From the IMG/VR virus record IMGVR_UViG_3300050343_000285, positions 1-64,000 of that record: a DNA stretch of 64,000 nt. One strand, written 5' to 3'. Position 1 is the first letter of the stretch, and each line of letters begins with the position of its first letter. This DNA comes from a virus. The notes under the pieces were generated by a model. It was not told the DNA's origin, did not search any database, and saw only the letters and a program-made list of their open reading frames with translations. The position numbers and the translations under genes are program-made. Positions 61,012-64,000 of this stretch are shown in pieces.

Positions 61012-64000
61012 ATGGCTTGTAATGTAAAAATGTTTTTTGGAGAAAGATTAACAGGTAATGGTTTTGAGGCTTACCTATCAGAACCAGAGAGTGTATTTAT
61101 CGCAGATTTTGATTGTACCATGATATCTACCGCTCTTGGTATGGGCTTTACGGAGTTTGAATTAACTGAAAAAGAACTATTATCTACAGCTACTTTTCAA
61201 ACATGGTGCATGTATATTTCTGAGACAAATAATAATAATCTCTATGGGCCACAGGTTTTTGATGCTTTAGGTTTAGATTTGGCCGAACTTAGAGAGATCA
61301 CTGGTAAATTTTTTCAAGATATTATAGATAATAAAAATCCCACCTCTATCAATGCACATATTAATCAATTGGTTAAAGATGATGTTGCAGTTACAATGCC
61401 AAAATTAGAACAGGCGTTCAAGTGGATTAAAAATGTTCATGATAACTATTACGGTAAAACATATCTAATACAAATAGGGGATGCTAATAGTGGGGTTTGC
61501 ATTAAAGATAAATTCGGGAATGCTCCTGCTTTCGACTTAAAAGCAGAGCCTGGAGGACTATATTATACTAGCGATTCGCCTTCTACAGCTGGGGCTTGGC
61601 CAAACCCAAATGTAAATAATATATTAGGACTACAGATTGGTCAAGAAACTCTTTTATTTCACGGTTCTGATAATAGAGTTGGTTCATTTTGTAGATTTGA
61701 CGAAAAAGAAAATATAATAAAGTCGGGATTTGCAAATCTAAACTGGAGTATAGATCTTTCTAGTATTGATGATGGATCATTTGTTCAGAAGAATGATCAA
61801 CTTTTTTTAAGTTGTTCTATAGATGAATCTATTTATCAGATAGATGGTGATCAGTATGTTAAAGTTGAAGTTAATGGTCCCCCAAAACTTAAATTACAGG
61901 CTGATGGAGAATTATGTGAAGTTAATTTAATGAGTCAGGGTGCTGTAGCATTAATGGCATTATTTGGAGATCAACACCCTGAATTATCTACAGCTTTAGG
62001 AGATACTTTTTGTGATGATCCTGATGACACTCAAGATGGTGCCCCAACTAATAGAAGTGCTTTTAATATTCTAAAAAGTAATAGACCGGCTGTTGTTCCT
62101 AGTCATTTTATATTACCTATGAAAAGCAATTTGTTTGTATACGGACCATGGAGTTATGTATCAAATCCTGTAGGTGGAACTATGGTAGATAATAATCAGG
62201 AGTTGTGCCCATGGAAATTTAGCGATGGATTTGATGATGGTTATGATAGAATGAATCAGTATGGTGCTCTTATTGCTCAAGATGGCCCAAGGGGTTTACA
62301 AAAACAAGAATCTGGCTCTATCACAGTACCTTCTTTACCTTCTTATAATCTTGGTTTTATGGTAGGTACTAATGCAGCTACATTAACAGACATTAATATT
62401 AATATAGGGGAAAGTGGTTATACAACTACTTATAATTTTCAAACATACACACCTAAGTTTGGAGAGCCCGGAAGAGCTTTAGCTGATTTATGGTCTAAGA
62501 GCTATCAATCAATGTCTTACATTAATAAGTTTTTCAAAGATCAGGCTATAGATTTACAAAAGTTAATAAATTCTACAGACCAGGAACTGTCTAAAAAAAG
62601 ATTTTTTGATATTCCTAAAGTTAATCAGGATGGCATTAGTCAAGAAGATGGTGGAGATAATACTCCGGGTAGTGGCAGAAGTCCTGGATTATTACTTATT
62701 GGTTCGTTTTTTATGAGAGATAAAGCAACCAATGCTAGTGGAGGAACTGATTGTTCTGACGGCACAGCAGGGTTAGCTAGAGGGTGTCATGCTTGTGGGC
62801 CAACTCCACCACCGCCTCCTCCATTACCACCCCCATCAAATGCTTCTACTGGTAACATTCTACAGAACAGACCAAAAACAGAACTAGAGAAGGGCTACAC
62901 TTGGGAACATATTAGAAAAAATACATTTCATCGTGTAGCGATATCAACACTTGATTTAATTTTTACGCCCATCAGTACTAATCAAGAAGGAGATGATAGG
63001 GCGCATCTACCTAGATTGACTATGTATCAAGATTATGAGTGTTCGCAGATGGAATTTAGTGATAAGCCAGTAGATACTCAGCCAGGTAGACCTCCATCGT
63101 CTAGACCAAGGAGTGAAATACCTCCTTTCCTTTTAGATTCTGCTTTAACATATGACCTACCAGTGAACCAACAGTATTTAAACGCTGTAACTTCTGAAAC
63201 TATGTTAAATGATTGGGGAGATAGAATTAACGGCAGTACTAAAGGTTTTATTTGTCACTTAATTAGTTATGGTAATGATTTTGAAGATTTTAAATATAGT
63301 AATCAGGATAGTGATGAGGAAGCCAGACAAGCAGAAGAGAATTTTAGGTATAACATATTGAAAGGCCCATTAAGTTTGCAAGGTTGGGGATATGACACTT
63401 CCGGAAAACCTATACCTAATGCTGTCGATTCTGCAGAAGACACAGAGAAAGGCATGTTTAGAAGAAAAGGACTCAAAGACCAATTCTTAAAAGATTGGCT
63501 AGAAAACCCCAAAACGTGGCCTGCTGGACCCATTGATTTACGATGGGATAGAGAAAGAGGTGTTTGGGTAGCTCCCCCAGCTAATAAAATAGTAGTGGCT
63601 AGATTACTAGGTAATTTACAGAAATATGGTACTGTTGAAGCTGAATTAATTAATCCTACTGGTGGAGAGGTAGCTTTCTATGAATATTATGATATATGGG
63701 ATGCTGAAGGTAGAAATATTAAACAGTCTATTAATAAAGCTAAGATAAAAATATATGATTATTTAGGAATAGAGCTTTGTAAATGTGATACAGTGTATGC
63801 TTACTATGATGATAATAGATATATTGTTCTAGAAAGTAGTAGAGCTTATCAAGACCCTAACGAAGCTTGCTGTCCTACTACCACACTTGCGACAGAACCT
63901 GTTTCAGTTGCAACACCCACTCCTACATCATGTTGGTGTAACCTTGAATGTTTACAAACATTAAAAAATTATAAAGAAGGTAAACATCAAGCACTAGTTC
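61012..64000 (+). CDS. large tail protein, 3'-truncated by the window edge (>990 aa; missing from the ORF track)
   Basis: AAGGA SD; ATG at 61012; frame open wherever checked, including the last lines; KGPLSLQGWGYD, WPAGPIDLRWD. Confidence 0.75.
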   Translation, partial: MACNVKMFFGERLTGNGFEAYLSEPESVFIADFDCTMISTALGMGFTEFELTEKELLSTATFQTWCMYISETNNNNLYGPQVFDALGLDLAELREITGKFFQDIIDNKNPTSINAHINQLVKDDVAVTMPKLEQAFKWIKNVHDNYYGKTYLIQIGDANSGVCIKDKFGNAPAFDLKAEPGGLYYTSDSPSTAGAWPNPNVNNILGLQIGQETLLFHGSDNRVGSFCRFDEKENIIKSGFANLNWSIDLSSIDDGSFVQKNDQLFLSCSIDESIYQIDGDQYVKVEVNGPPKLKLQADGELCEVNLMSQGAVALMALFGDQHPELSTALGDTFCDDPDDTQDGAPTNRSAFNILKSNRPAVVPSHFILPMKSNLFVYGPWSYVSNPVGGTMVDNNQELCPWKFSDGFDDGYDRMNQYGALIAQDGPRGLQKQESGSITVPSLPSYNLGFMVGTNAATLTDININIGESGYTTTYNFQTYTPKFGEPGRALADLWSKSYQSMSYINKFFKDQAIDLQKLINSTDQELSKKRFFDIPKVNQDGISQEDGGDNTPGSGRSPGLLLIGSFFMRDKATNASGGTDCSDGTAGLARGCHACGPTPPPPPPLPPPSNASTGNILQNRPKTELEKGYTWEHIRKNTFHRVAISTLDLIFTPISTNQEGDDRAHLPRLTMYQDYECSQMEFSDKPVDTQPGRPPSSRPRSEIPPFLLDSALTYDLPVNQQYLNAVTSETMLNDWGDRINGSTKGFICHLISYGNDFEDFKYSNQDSDEEARQAEENFRYNILKGPLSLQGWGYDTSGKPIPNAVDSAEDTEKGMFRRKGLKDQFLKDWLENPKTWPAGPIDLRWDRERGVWVAPPANKIVVARLLGNLQKYGTVEAELINPTGGEVAFYEYYDIWDAEGRNIKQSINKAKIKIYDYLGIELCKCDTVYAYYDDNRYIVLESSRAYQDPNEACCPTTTLATEPVSVATPTPTSCWCNLECLQTLKNYKEGKHQALV

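Noticed and set aside
2181-63533. Numerous opposite-strand or overlapping ORFs in the track (e.g. 2529+, 3077+, 9260+, 18675-, 44833-, 52887-)
   Set aside because: Shadows of real genes: no SD, low-complexity translations, fully overlapped
1-64000. Alternative genetic code (TAG/TGA recoding)
   Set aside because: Long genes are open in code 11, all three stops end coupled genes, and the breaks are frameshifts rather than in-frame stops

Overview
The window is part of a large, AT-rich tailed dsDNA phage, probably siphovirus-like because no sheath gene lies between the neck genes and the tape measure. It uses standard code 11. (1) 1-16.4 kb is a minus-strand region of about 40 small early/accessory ORFs, including DUF932, a PRTase, a YubB/DUF1281-like protein and a gp88-like protein. 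It also holds three tRNAs (Lys-UUU, Arg-UCU and an atypical UAU) and two structured non-coding cassettes with tRNA-like acceptor/T-arm geometry. Its intergenic gaps are built from four recurrent motif families: a 29-bp 11-7-11 inverted repeat (12 copies), sigma54-like GG-N10-GC sites (12), sigma28-like elements interleaved with sigma70 promoters (14), and a roughly 57-bp repeat (4 clear and 2 degenerate copies). (2) 16.7-18.2 kb encodes a free-standing GIY-YIG plus HNH fusion nuclease. (3) 18.3-25.2 kb is a cluster of very Cys-rich proteins with CXCXC repeats and a shared C-terminal motif. (4) 25.6-64 kb contains a phage sigma factor, the packaging and head genes, two tandem tail-tube paralogues, an approximately 4,290-aa tape measure protein and tail-tip genes. 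Frameshifts in DUF932, TerL and the tape measure gene look like consensus indel errors. All family assignments come from motif recognition by eye; no database search was run.
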